A stretch of DNA of 64,000 nt, taken from Hydrolagus colliei (taxonomy: Eukaryota). Positions within the stretch are counted from its first letter, which is position 1, and every line of letters begins with the position of its first letter. Below the pieces are notes generated by a model, which was not told the origin of the DNA, ran no database searches, and was given only the letters and a program-made list of their open reading frames with translations. The DNA lies in NCBI GenBank assembly GCA_035084275.1, contig CM068749.1, forward strand, positions 16,864,001 through 16,928,000, written 5' to 3'. The translations under genes and the position numbers were made by a program. Positions 36,630 to 49,593 of this stretch are shown in pieces.

Positions 36630-38129
36630 TAGTTAGATTTCAATCACTGAAACTGACTAGGCCTTCTTTGGTAACAATGAATATTAAACACCACAGGGTG
36701 ACCTCATTTTTTCCTGTGACTTAGTAACCTAAGGCTCATTGATTCTGCTGAATCAAGCATCCATATGGCTAAAGCAATAACAGACCACAAATGAAAAAAT
36801 ACACTGAAGGGTTTCTGTAAATAGAAAAATTGAGAACTAGTTTAATGGCAGGTAAACTATTGATCTTTTATCACAAACATCAAACAGTTATTATTAACTA
36901 ATTCTGTTAATCATTAACAGAACAGAATCAAGGGTTTTGTTTAATGACTAGCGATAACTATGAGAAACCTGAATATATATCTACATAAAAAGGACATGTT
37001 GAATACTGTACATGTATATTAGTGTGGTGTATTTGATCAAATACAGAATTTTAACGCAAACTGGTTATTTTGATAAGTATGAAATGTCTCAACATGCTTA
37101 TAGGAGCCAATTTGCGTTCTGAAAAGAGCTCATTTATATACAATCTAAGTGCATAAATACAGAACTAATATCCTTTAAACAAAACTGGTTTGCTACTTGC
37201 AATGCATTTACTATTATCCTAGGCCTTTCAAAAAGTCTCATCAAACAATGCTGAAATCACAAGTTATAATAAATCTTGTACAATTACTACAAGATGATCA
37301 GATAATAATAATCAACAAGGCAGTTGATTTCATATTAATACTTTACAGCAATCACATCACTTTCTCCTACCTTTCCCAATTCATGCTCCAGGTTTAATTG
37401 TGTGAAGTGTGTTGAGGCGTCCTCCTGATGTGAAATGTGCTACATAAATGTACATATTTGTTGTTTTCTTCATATTGCCAGACCGACAATCAGGTGTTTA
37501 AATTACCAGGTTAAGGATGACTCTCCTTTATAATATACCGAACATCTTTTGCTGATTCACCAAATAATATGCATCACGTTGTACAAGTATCATAACAAAC
37601 ATAAGATACATCACCAACTAACCCAAGAGAGCCCTTTATTACCTTAGTCTGAAAGGACGAGGACTGAAATAGAAGAGAACTTTGTTTTAGTTAAAAATTA
37701 TTTCTGAAGTGACCTTCTAGATATTGCAAATCCTCAAATAGCCATTAGTGGTGACGTTCTTGAGCTTTAATACAAACATGAGCGGCATCCAATCAAGAAA
37801 GATTATGAAAGTAGGTCAACATCGGTTGACTAAATAAACAGGAATGAAGCACCAATATATTTCACAGAGGAATTTTCAATTCCACATTTATTACCTCAAA
37901 GCTAATGAATGTGTTCATTTACCAGCTCTTTTGTTCTATGGAAAACAGGATTTTTTTTGATGAAAGCCTCCTGTAGCCAGAAAGGTTAACACATCTGTCC
38001 AAGAGTGGTTTTGTTTAGGTTGCAAATTTCATATTTTCTTACTTGTGGGTTGACCATTTCTGCTGATGTAATCCACGGAATGTGAAGCACTGCATTTTGT
38101 AAGTCATTTGTGTGCCACATATTACATGA

Positions 38130-38131
38130 AT

Positions 38132-38176
<45 letters not shown>

Positions 38177-38190
38177 TATATATAATATAT
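38130..38190. repeat. (TA)n microsatellite
   Basis: Imperfect TA run of about 60 bp. Confidence 0.95.
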
Positions 38191-41100
38191 AAGTGCATTG
38201 GAAAGATGAAGTAGCCTTTGAAACTTTAGCAGTTTACTTTTATTTATTTATATATTTTTAATTTTTTCTTTGCCAAAGTCTACATCTCAACATGGAATTA
38301 CTCTATATAGATAGAATTACTCTATCTAAATTACAATCCCCAAAGATAATTACAACTCATCAGATGAGATGCTCCATGGATAGAAAAGAGAACAGGAGTG
38401 GGATTGAAGCAGTGCTTTGCAACGTCATTCACTAATAGCGACTCAGAGCTGCTAATTAGAATTTGGGCTATAATAACATGTGTATACCAAGACAGATTAG
38501 CAAGAAGGAACTCTGTAAACACTTTTTTTTACTGTGAAAGGAGGTTTCCATGAGCCACCAGCCAACCTTAATAGCACGGGTCAATATTAATGAATCTAGT
38601 TGTGATCTGTTGATGTTAAATCTTATCAAATGCTATTTGGATGGTTAAGAAACAAATATTCCCTAAAATTACATATCCAATCTCAGGTGAAAAAACATAA
38701 TTACACAGGTGCTCTAATCCTTTGGGAACAATGCCAGTGAAACAAAATTTGTTAAATATGCAGATTTTAATATTTGTGTCACAGTACAGATTTACTCAAA
38801 TCATTAAAAGACATATTTACAGATTTAGTGATACCTTATTATCGAGGTTTTTATGTAACAGATAATTCATACAATATTAAAATACAATTAAAAAATTGCA
38901 GCAGATAAATTACAGCCAGAAAAAATATCACAAAGAATCTTTTTAAAGCTGTGAGGATATTAAAATAACCAAATGTTTCACATTATACATAGCACCACAG
39001 GATGCTGAAACAAGACAACACTACTTCGTTCACACTGCTGGTTTTTAAAAAAGTGTGTCAAATTTAGTCCATTAGGCTTTATACTGCCAGTAAATACTTC
39101 TAAAGAATGTTCTCAAAACATCCTAGTTATTCATAAAATCAGAGTGGAAAGAGTATAAAAATAAAATATCGGCAAGTTTAGAACCTTAGTCCTGGAATTT
39201 ATACTCTTCGTGTAAATAAAAGTGCCAAATCTATTCCCTATAACAGCCGATCATTCACCTCTTGGTTCAGTGGCCATCATTCCTCCAATTGAGCCGTCTT
39301 CCAAATATATTGCATGAGATCGCACAGATAGACCTGCTGCCTCTTAGTTTTTCAGGATCATTAAAGTTTCTACATGGAGTGGGGGAAGTTGTAGAGGAGG
39401 TGGATCAACGGGATAGGAGGAAGTAATACGGGACTTCTATCTGTTTGCAGCTAGGCTATGTCAGCTGAAGCATGTTTAAGTTTGAAGAAATTAAAGTGTA
39501 AGTGGCTCTCTGAATGGGGGGGAAGTGGGGAGTGAGGGAAGAAAGGAAGTGGATGACGATGGGGAAGAGGAGAAAGTGGTTAACCATGCTGGCTACAGGT
39601 ATATAGGATTCACTGTCATCCGTGAATTCCTACATACAACAATGGGCCACTGATAGCCATGTTCACCTATATCAAATGCAAGGATTAGTATTGGCTTTCG
39701 TTTTCCAAATACTGTCTAAACTAGATGGGATCATTTTCCAAGGTGGTAGGAACACATGTCAGGCAACTATAAAAATAACAGAAATTGGGAAATTCTTTTT
39801 GAAATCTTAAGCATCTCCATTGATCCAGTCTGTAAATCAACAGCCAACTTCTGCCAACAATGGAGTCAGATGCCTACCTTACTGATTATCTTGTTCTGGG
39901 TATCTTGCTAATTGAGCGTAAAGAGAAAAAAGTCTCTATGGAGCCAAATATTCTTTGGATTCTATATTTAGGCGGCAACATTTCTATAAAATACATCACT
40001 GAGTGATTAGCTTGAAATCAGCTTTAAATGACGAACAAAATCTGCTTAGTGTTGAATAAAAATTGTGAATTTTAGAACGAGAGTACACCAGTTCAGCACC
40101 ACTGTCTTTATGTGGTCAATTTTTGTATTTGTAGGAACACACTTATTACGTGAGATATTTTCTACATAAACACAATTAAAAGTAAATAACAAACATGCAC
40201 TCGAGAATGTGATACACAAATCAGCTGATGAAATCATCTTTTTAATAATGCTTCTTTAAACAATCAGTCTGATAATATTTTAAATAGAGGCATTTACTAG
40301 TTTACACTTCTATCTGTATAAAGATATGGAGCAGCCAAATATAAAACACCCGTTTTAATGCTCTGTTAATAATGTTAGATATCAATACTGATATGACAAA
40401 AACAGGTAATACCATAAAAGGCATTGCAAATAATAATCAGTCATTTTAGGATGACAACACTTCCTCACAGCTATGGTCATTGTGTATTTAATATATTTAT
40501 ATTTGCTACATATCCCAGGCAGTACATCTAACAGTATTTGGCCTTCTGGTATGTGGGTCACTTTAACTGGCATGACCACATTTTATCAAAAATATACTGG
40601 GTTAGAAAAATATACCATTTGTTTTGATTTGTGTTTAAATACAGTTACAGGGAAGTGTTAATAATGAAGAAAGAAAAACAAATTTTACATCTCCCAAAAT
40701 TGTGCAGATTGTTTTTAATGGTCTTCATAGCAGCCTTGGTGGTGTTCCATTGCAAATGAAAGGTGACCAGTAAAATCTCTTAACTGGTATTTATTGCTGA
40801 GAGAAAGAAAAATACTCGGATCAAGTTGCAGAAAGATCTGCCAAGCAGCAACAGCCACCCTCAATGTTGAGAATGACTTTGGATTGAACACTAAGAACTT
40901 CTTACAAGATGTCACTGGATTCAGTACCTGGAAAGCATCTGCTGTGCGGCAATGGCTAGTCTCCTTCAACAAGTCCTCATCAAAAGCCTGTTTTATAAGT
41001 GCATCAGTTAACATTCCTACCTGAACATAGACCACAGTCTACAGTACACACTTAAAATATGCCTTTAAGGCACCATATACCCCTAAGGGTCAATCCACTG

Positions 41101-41309
41101 GATTCTTCCAATAAGAAGAAATAAAAGTATACATACAAATGTCCTGGAATGCCTAAAATTATTCAGATGGCCCAAGTTAAACCATGATACTTTGGTATCC
41201 AGAAATGAGCAAACAGAACACTACTGACAGAACTGTCCATCGCAGAACTTGTTGCAATGTTGTTGCAATACTGTTCATCTATCCCCAAATGTGGACAGCA
41301 GAAGGAACT

Positions 41310-41809
41310 TCAGCAAGTGGCTTTCAGTTTGTTCTTGTTTAGCTCTCTTTCCAAATTTCCAATCAACGTATCAATGCTTTCTTGAAGGTCTTGAAGGTTC
41401 ACTGTGTGCTCAAGTCCTGGATTGATCTTCTGCATTCTCACATAGGCCTCATAGGTATGCTCTTTGGATTCAGGCTCGGTGTGCTGATCAGCCAAGTCAT
41501 TTGTCCCGTCTGTTGCACCATTTTCTTCCTCACTTTCACTGCCTTCTGAAGGAACATCATCATAGTCTGCCTCCACACTGCTCTCCTTTGTTCCTAGGAG
41601 GAAGCTTCCATCACAACTGCTCCAGTCTCCAGCATAGCGATTGCTAGGACTATCAAGTCTGACCTGCCTAGGTCTCAGTACCCCGGTTACCTCTGCATTT
41701 GTCAAATTCAAATTTGTGGGTCGTTGCTTCCTTCTTCTCACACAATTCAATGACTGATGTTCAGGTAATGCACTGGTTTCCATTTGCTCTTTGGTACCCA
41801 TTTTTTGCA
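41310..41809 (-). CDS. SYDE2: SYDE2 Rho GTPase-activating protein, terminal coding exon
   Basis: ttccag acceptor, phase 1; RRRKQRP...LDSPSNRYAGDWSSC...LQESIDTLIGNLERELNKNKLKATC*. Confidence 0.93.
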
Positions 41810-42365
41810 CTGGAAGACAAAATAGTTTGGATTTTGATTATTCCCCCAAACTATGAGATATTGATACTTGCCAGTCAAAGGGGATGGTTCAATGGTTAAT
41901 ATTCCTCAATATTCTGCCACTTCAGTTAAATTACAGTCTCTTGCAATGAAAATTGTACCTTTACTTTAATACTGATAGTGAGTGTTATGATTCACACTGT
42001 TTAAGAGTGTGCTGGTGAAAACAGAAGTAGATTAAAAAATATATAAATCATCCCTAATTTTCTGAAGGAACACATTTTAAAATGTGTAGTTACTGGTGTA
42101 GTATGACATGCAGGCCTTTGTCACAGATTCTACGGTCTGATACTAAATAATACCCAAATTGGTATTAGCAGAATCCACCCTAAAGTGCGTTTGTCAAACA
42201 TTTCTATTGATGCACAAATAGGCAGAAACCTTATTCGTCAAAAGTTTGAGATCCACAGTGACCAAAGGAACAACATTTAAACTGGACAAAAGAAAAATCT
42301 TCTAACTAAACCTTTCTTGCTGCTTCAGTTTCACAGGGATTCCAGTGAATCACATTAATAATACT

Positions 42366-42473
42366 AATAATAATAATAATCCTTTCATTTGTTAATAGTG
42401 CTTTTCACGTCTTCTAGATGCCTCAAAGCAATTCATAGAATATACTCTAAAGTGAATCGACTGTAAATTTTGT
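42366..42473 (-). mobile_element. SINE 3' fragment
   Basis: Family tail. Confidence 0.75.
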
Positions 42474-43019
42474 CAATCTTTATGATTGACAAGCACGTTG
42501 CTTGTAATGGATGTTAATCATAATTTTTTTAATTCAATGGTTTCAGCAGCTGATATTTTCTAATCAGATGAGCAGAACATGTTATATCTTATGGGTAGGT
42601 AACTTAAAACCCCCCAGAAAAATGCAACTCATTAGATTGTAATAGTTCGAAGAACACTGATGTAAGGCTCCAATATAATGAACAATAATAGCCCCTATTG
42701 GAATGAATATCCAAAAATCAATTCGTTAGTAAACAAGGGACAAATCTCAGATCATCAGTTCACCTAATAGGGAAAGGACAACCATCTAATAAGCCTTCCG
42801 CCATACAATTCTTTTGATTACTATTTTTAAAAGATACAACATTTTCTGCATATACCATTCAAATCCCTCAGTTCTCACGTAGTACATGGTTAAAGAAAAC
42901 GCAGGCACCTTGCCATTCTTTTGGTGCTGTGGCAGGAATAGGCAACAATTAAGTGATGAAGCAGCAACTAAATCTCTTTCCCTTCCCTTTAGATTCAAAA
43001 CCTAAGAGTGTTCTCTCAC

Positions 43020-43251
43020 CTGGCCAAAGCTGAAGTAGATAATGCAACACTTCTATGTGTTTCTTGAAGTCCAGTGCACTAGCAAGTTCTTCAGAGTCTA
43101 TAAAAACCCTGTTGCTGTGATTGGAGGCTTCCTGTCTCTGGCTCAGTAACACGGGCCCAAAACATACTGCCAAGTTCTGGCAGGTCATCTTATTCACCTC
43201 ATGGTATGAAGCCACACGTTTCAGGTGATCCAACAGCATCTTAAGTGTTGC
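43020..43251 (-). CDS. SYDE2: SYDE2 exon (RhoGAP C-terminal part)
   Basis: 232 nt; [36 protein letters not shown]...LHYLLQLWP. Confidence 0.96.
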
Positions 43252-43413
43252 CTGAGGTGGAAAATAGAACAGAAAACAAAATTTGTGTACAAATGAAAAA
43301 CAATTGCTGAATTTACTGTACAATACAAGTTAAAATATGACAGTAACACAAGTAACTTCTTACATAAGACTGGAATACAAAAATCCAATCTGTAGCATTA
43401 AATATAAAATCAA

Positions 43414-43522
43414 TTCATTTTACAAAATATTCTTTGAAACGTTTTGAGATGTGAGATACAGTATTATTATTATGCCAAGAAGACGTGAAAAGTGCTATAT
43501 CAAATGCAAGTATTATTATTAT
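43414..43522 (+). mobile_element. SINE 3' fragment
   Basis: GAAGACGTGAAAAGTGCTATATCAAATGCAAG(TAT)n. Confidence 0.7.
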
Positions 43523-43707
43523 TAAAACAATTGTGGGTATAAACATGCCTATGAATAAACAATTGTCGTGAGAAAATAGTATGGAGACAATATAACAAGT
43601 AAGTCAAGAATGTATTATTTAGCTCTTGAAAAAAGTGTACAAGTTTTTAAACCTGTTAACCACAAAAATACCGAATGAAACGTAAATTGAAATACTGTAT
43701 CAATGTA

Positions 43708-44503
43708 CAGTAAAAGCCTGTTTATCCGGCACCCTTGGGGTCTGGTCAGTGCCGGTTAAAGCGCCTGGATATTCAGCCGAAAACCCAACACAAAACAAAA
43801 GTATTACAATTTTTTTAAATTACATTTTTAAAAAATAGCATATTAATAATAGACTAAATAATCATTTATATGATAATATAATATATAAATAATAATAATA
43901 ATAATCCTTTACACACAACGACCAGGCAGTTCAGAGAGATCTTTAAACTAGTGTAAAAGTTACACGTCTGAATGACACTGTTCTCACTGGGGGCAGAAGG
44001 AAAGCAAATGTGTTATTGAGAAAGCAGCTGCCACTGTCACTGTTCAGTTAACTTTCCTTCCAAAAAGGTATGCGATGCCTGTATGTGTGTGTGTCTGTGT
44101 GCACTAACTTGCACTCTGTAAAAAAAAAAGATCGGGCATTGCAGTGCTTTTTTTATTAAAAAGCTGTGATATGCATTGATCGGCAAGCTTTGCTCAGGGT
44201 GTGTTTGTGTATGTGTTTTGCTAATTTGTGGCTAAATTAAATCTAAATTAATCAACTCACCTTCGCTCTCTCTCAAAGAGTACACTCCGGAGAGTGTATT
44301 GCTGTACAGTACCAGTAGCATTCAGAGGTAGCACCACCATCAGGCACCTAGTAGCAGCATTCCAAAATACTGACGCAACACAATATACCAAAAAAACATT
44401 TTTCCGGATAAATTCCGGTTTATCGAATGTGAAACCTTTTTTTGCTGTGCCGGTTATATGGAAGTTACGGTTGATCGTGTCATGGATAAACGGGCTTTTA
44501 CTG
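43708..44503. mobile_element. Non-autonomous pogo/Tigger-like DNA transposon, 796 bp
   Basis: TIRs CAGTAAAAGCCTGTTTATCC / GGATAAACGGGCTTTTACTG, TA target duplication, ends shared with 36418-36629. Confidence 0.9.
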
Positions 44504-44734
44504 TATTACATAGTACTGTACTGAGCAGAATGTTCAGAAATCAAAACAAAAAGGATTTGGGGATGTCTAAATTCCCTGTTCATTGGCACTATGGAGAATT
44601 ACTTGAACATTACATTAGTACTTGTATAAAATAAATATATTTGCACTAAATAAATAATCTGAGTGTATATATATATATATATACCCTGCAAAATATTTGT
44701 TTTATAGAGTTCTCAGATATACAACTTGCAACCA

Positions 44735-44990
44735 TAATAATAATAATCCCTACATTTGATATAGTTTTTGCATCTTCTGTACTATAAAGTGAATTGGCTG
44801 TATCTTTGTGGGTGAAACGCACACCGCAGTGTCTCACAAACAGTCGTAAAAAATGACCATTTATTTTTAGGGATTATTATTAGGGGTGTGGAGTAAGGAA
44901 ACCTACATGTTGCCTACATTCCTGTCTAGAATCAAACCCAGGTCCCTCGCTTGCAAGGCGAGTGCTCTAACCACTGAACTACAGGATTCA
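44735..44990 (-). mobile_element. Near full-length SINE
   Basis: Head, core and tail of the family on the reverse strand. Confidence 0.85.
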
Positions 44991-47091
44991 TCCACCTGTA
45001 ATTTCCTTACAAATAGGAAATAAAACACCCTCCGATGTCGAAAGCCAGCATAAGAAAAATACTTTCTCAAATGTGCCAGTTTTAGGCACTTATATTTTGA
45101 AGGCTTGTATAAACAAAATGTTGATTAAAAGTTTCAGATTAACTTGTGTATTCCACAAAAATGGCAGAATCTCTAGATTCTAAAGGTTTGGAAGCAACTT
45201 CATTGTCTACATACTAGCAGCTCTTAGTCCCAGAGAGTCATCCCACTTAATTACTGATTATTGCTGGTATCCCAAGAATGCAAAGGAACAAAAACAAGCG
45301 ATAAGAATGTTTGAGCTGCACCAGTGAAAACACATCAATAACGTGACCTGGTGGGGCTAAAAGGTCTGCAAAATACACTCCACATCCCGGATTCAATCTT
45401 ACTACAGCCCCAACGACAAAATGGTTCAGACTGCCAAGTCGTCTTTTCATATAGTGAGGAGAGTGACTCAAACTGACTAACATGATTAAAACAAGTCAGT
45501 TATGTGAAACGGAGAACAATGCCATGACATCTTTAAGGAACCTGAGCTTTTGATGAGGATTCAAATCTCAATGCTAGTGATGTATTGTAAGCATTAGCCA
45601 AGAACAGAAAAGATGCAAATTCCTATTCAATATATCACAAGCAACTCTGGCAGACTTGGTATACAAGTCCAAAGATCCATCATGGTGAGCCTCCAGGAAA
45701 TTATTTTTCCTGCTGGAAAAAAAAATTGAGCATCTTTTGAAACACTTAAAAAACATAGGGGTCAATGTTCCGGAAATTATTCAGGACTGGGATGTTGTGT
45801 TTCTAACACAACAAAATTACATTTATAGTGCACCTTTCACATCAGGAAGACGTCCCAAGGCGCTGGGCTCATTTTGATCAAAAGCTGTCTGGTATTTTCA
45901 TTTGTGTGGTTTGCAGAGAATATTGGATTTTCTTTTAAATGTGTTACTAATAAACACTCATAATTTGGTTCCTGCTTTCCTGTGGGGATCTGAATTCTTT
46001 AAGGACAGTGGGGAAGTGTAGGAGAGGGAACTGAACTCTCCGTCAAGTGTCCACTCTATATATATATATATATATACCCTGCAAAATATTTATTTTATAG
46101 AGTTCTCAGATGTCCACTCTGTTCCACAGTGTGCTGTTGAGAATCAATGGGTGAGTCAACTCTAAAAGGAAATATTGCAAGTTGAACCTCTCCAGTATTT
46201 AGGATTTTATACCATAGTTATTTATAGTTTTAATTTTCATTGATACATGCTGCTGTGTTATCATGGAGCTAATCAGAGATTTTCACGTTTTGAATTCTAA
46301 TACTTTTTTGAAAAAGGTTCAAGTGAATTAATAAGTTTGATTTTAATTGAACAGATCAAAAGTAATGATGTACAGTGTGGGGGCTGGGAGGAGAAAGTAA
46401 ACAAAGGGAGGAAGTTTACAATAAAGAATATCTTTGGAAATATGCCCACATGAACTGCCTTATCAAAAGAGTATATTTACCTTATATACCTGATAAGAAA
46501 GTCCATCTGGCTTGAATTGCATTTAAAGATATGGTGCTCATATATTTCATTACACACTGACCAGATTCATTACCAAATCAGTTACAGGCATTTCAACAAT
46601 TGATATTAATTTTACCAGTGTTTAGGTGAAAGGGTTAAACATTTACTAATTTATTTTGAGTTACCTTATAATTTCCAGTGCATTTATCAACAGTAGTGGT
46701 AGCACAGAAAATAAAATGTTATTAAACTAAACAGGTTTACCCCAGGAATGTTTTGATATTATACTACTTTGATCTTTTGACTTTCATCAGTTTGTGATTC
46801 TGGATGTCAGCCACATGCCTTGAACATAATGAAGGTAGTGAAATCCAGTAAAAGGGCCTAATCTCTGAAACCTCTTCCCAAATTCATAACTAACTTGAAT
46901 ATTTCACATAAAGGTTTTTGTTTTACAAAATCTTTCCTTTAAAAAGATCTTCATTCTCTATGTGAAGTTTAAAATGATACATTTTTAGAGACTTTAGAAA
47001 CAAATGGCACTAAACGGGAAAAAGACTGTAATTAGCACAATCCTCAAGAGTGCTCAAACTCTTCCACGAAACTCAGATTCAGATTCTTTAC

Positions 47092-47273
47092 CTTTTCCAC
47101 TTCAGGCAGGCAGTCAAGGAGAGCAACTGTGTATTCAGAGTCAGCAAGGTCATTTTCACATCCAGAAGAGGTCATCTTGAGGGGTTGCTTAGCCATTGCT
47201 TCCAATACAGTTTCGTATAGCTGCTTTGTTATCAGGGGAGAAGGCAATTCCCTCAAGTAATCCTTGAGTACAC
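47092..47273 (-). CDS. SYDE2: SYDE2 exon (RhoGAP middle)
   Basis: 182 nt; [27 protein letters not shown]...[10 protein letters not shown]. Confidence 0.96.
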
Positions 47274-48382
47274 CTGTATGTGTTTTTTAAAAAAAGAAAA
47301 TTTACACTATCAGTCTCCGAGATGTGTTTTTTAAAAAACTTTTCAGAATGACCAGATTCCAAAATATCAGTAGAGAGAAATGTTTGGCTTGAAAGCATTC
47401 TATAAATTCTATGTCACTTTTTTTTTAAATGGCTACAGTATCCACAACAACTTTTACAGGCTCAGACATGCTTTTGTTTTCACTGTATTAGAACCAACCA
47501 ATTCAGGTAGAACTAATTCTGGAATTTAATCTCTTTATTTAGCAGCTACCAATGTGCCAACAAGCCAGTTACAGTATAGGTTAGAAATTATACGAACCAG
47601 AATTTGAGCAATCATGGAGGCTCAACTCCTTGATGTCACTCATCGGTGGAGCTTTTTTAAAAAAAACAACCTCAAGGCTTTTCAATGAATCACTGCTGGA
47701 GTTTGAGGTAATGCAATAATATTTATATAAGTCAAAGCCATACAGCAGAAATTTAGAACTATTAGCAGTAGTAAATTTAATCTCAGACTCAATAAAGGCC
47801 AATGGATGGCCACATAACGACTGATGCTTGTGAGATTCCCCACAGCCTCTTGGCACGATTAATTAACAACTGTGAGTTGGAGGGAACTCTATAAACATAC
47901 ACTGCTGACTAGAAATGGTTGAATGAAATTAAAGGGGCAATAATAAAAATATTTCATAAACAGACCCACCAACATACCAAAAATCGTTTGGATTCTCTCA
48001 CCCCCACAATGGCATCCCTCTTACAATTATTTTTATACAATAGCTCATAAATGATCAGAATACTATATTTAGGATTTGCAATGGATTTTATAGAGTTGAA
48101 GCGTCATTTTAAAAGCCTAATTGGGTGATACTTAAGATTTAAATGAATAAAATTGAGGGCCTGTTTAAAAAAATACTTAGGTAACTCATTTCTATTTTTT
48201 TATAGATTTGCTTTATAGCACATGAAAGATTTTCACAGATTTCCTGCAGCACAATGTTCGTGTTATCTGAACACAGCAAAATAATTGGCAAATCTGTTAT
48301 TCCCATAACAAATCCCGCTAAATTATCCCAAAATACCAGATCCACTATCCTTTAGCCTAATAAACCAACAATTTAAAACGAG

Positions 48383-48590
48383 AAGGAATTTTCTCCCTGG
48401 GGCCTGGCTAACAATCTCTCCAAATAAAACTGGGTCATTCACTTCTTGGCTGTTTGTGGAACATTGTTGTGTGGAACTTGGCTGCCTTTTTGCCTATAAA
48501 TACACAGCCACTGAACTCCATAGTAAAATCCTGTGCAGGGCTTTGAAATGCCTCGGCAACGTGATGTGGTGCTCTATCAAATGCATGATT
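48383..48590 (+). mobile_element. Older DeuSINE-like element
   Basis: ttctccctggggcctggctaacaat...gctgtttgtggaacattgttgtgtggaacttggctgcc resembles the Deu domain as recalled; L2-type tail. Confidence 0.6.
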
Positions 48591-48627
48591 ACCATCAAAT
48601 GGAACTATGCTGGAGTTGTTCACTAGT

Positions 48628-48915
48628 ATAATAATAATAATCCTTGCATTTGATATAGCGCTTTTCATGTCTTCTAGACGTCACAAAGCACTTCACAGAA
48701 TATACTGTAAAGTGAATTGACTGGTATATATGCGGGCGAAACGCAGCAGCCAATTGTGCATAGCAGTGTCCCACATGGATTGAAATTACAGATTTATTAT
48801 TGGGTTTTGGGGGTTATTATTGGGTGTGTAGAGAAAAGAAACTTGCCCAAGTTTTCGTCCTGCCTGGAATTGAACCCAGGTCTCTCTCTTGCAAGGTGAG
48901 TGCTGTAGGACTCCA
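48628..48915 (-). mobile_element. Full-length SINE
   Basis: Tail, core, B box and head on the reverse strand. Confidence 0.92.
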
Positions 48916-49275
48916 CATTTTTTTTGTGAGTAAAGGGAAAATTTACAGGTAATGGACAAAATGTACAAAGAAGAGGTTATACCCCTGGGACTGCTTTGCA
49001 CTATGAACAGTTCATGCAATTTGAATGGATAAACACCCAACATTTCTTTATTAAGTATCAACGGGTGAATGTTGCAATGTCTCCATACCTATCCCTGGTC
49101 AAGGTCTAACATTTGATGTGTTACAAAACAATTACCGGAAGCCTGATACTTCTAAAAAGTAGAAAAAGAAATAAAGCAATGACTACAATAAAATCTGAGT
49201 AATCTTTGCATCATGCTGTTATGACTTGGGGGTGGAAGAGGAAGTGAGCAAAATGTTGCAAGTTCTGTGACCTTG

Positions 49276-49593
49276 TGGAGTCTTGTAGCTCACTGGATAG
49301 AGCACTTGCCTTGCAAATGAGAGACCTGGGTTTGACTCTCTGCATGTTGAAACCTTGGGCAAGTTTCCTTATTCCACATGCCTGATAATAATCCCTCAAG
49401 AAAAACAAAACAATAATAGTTTGGTCACTTCAATCCACGATTGTTTGTGGGACACTGCTGTGCACAACTGGCTGCAGTGTTTCGTCCACAAACAATACAG
49501 TCAATTCATTTTACAGTATATTTGTGGAAGCGCCTTGAGACGTCTGGAAGACGTGAAAAGCGCTATATCAAATGCAAGGATTAGTATTATTAT
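49276..49593 (+). mobile_element. Full-length SINE
   Basis: GGAGTCTTGTAGCTCACTGG head through to family tail. Confidence 0.92.

Noticed and set aside
40715-41035. 106-aa ORF downstream of the SYDE2 stop
   Set aside because: Lies in the presumptive 3' UTR with no homology recognised
35652-41309. Possible miRNA or overlapping 3' UTRs between convergent DNAI3 and SYDE2
   Set aside because: No convincing hairpin seen and the SYDE2 poly(A) site cannot be fixed from sequence alone
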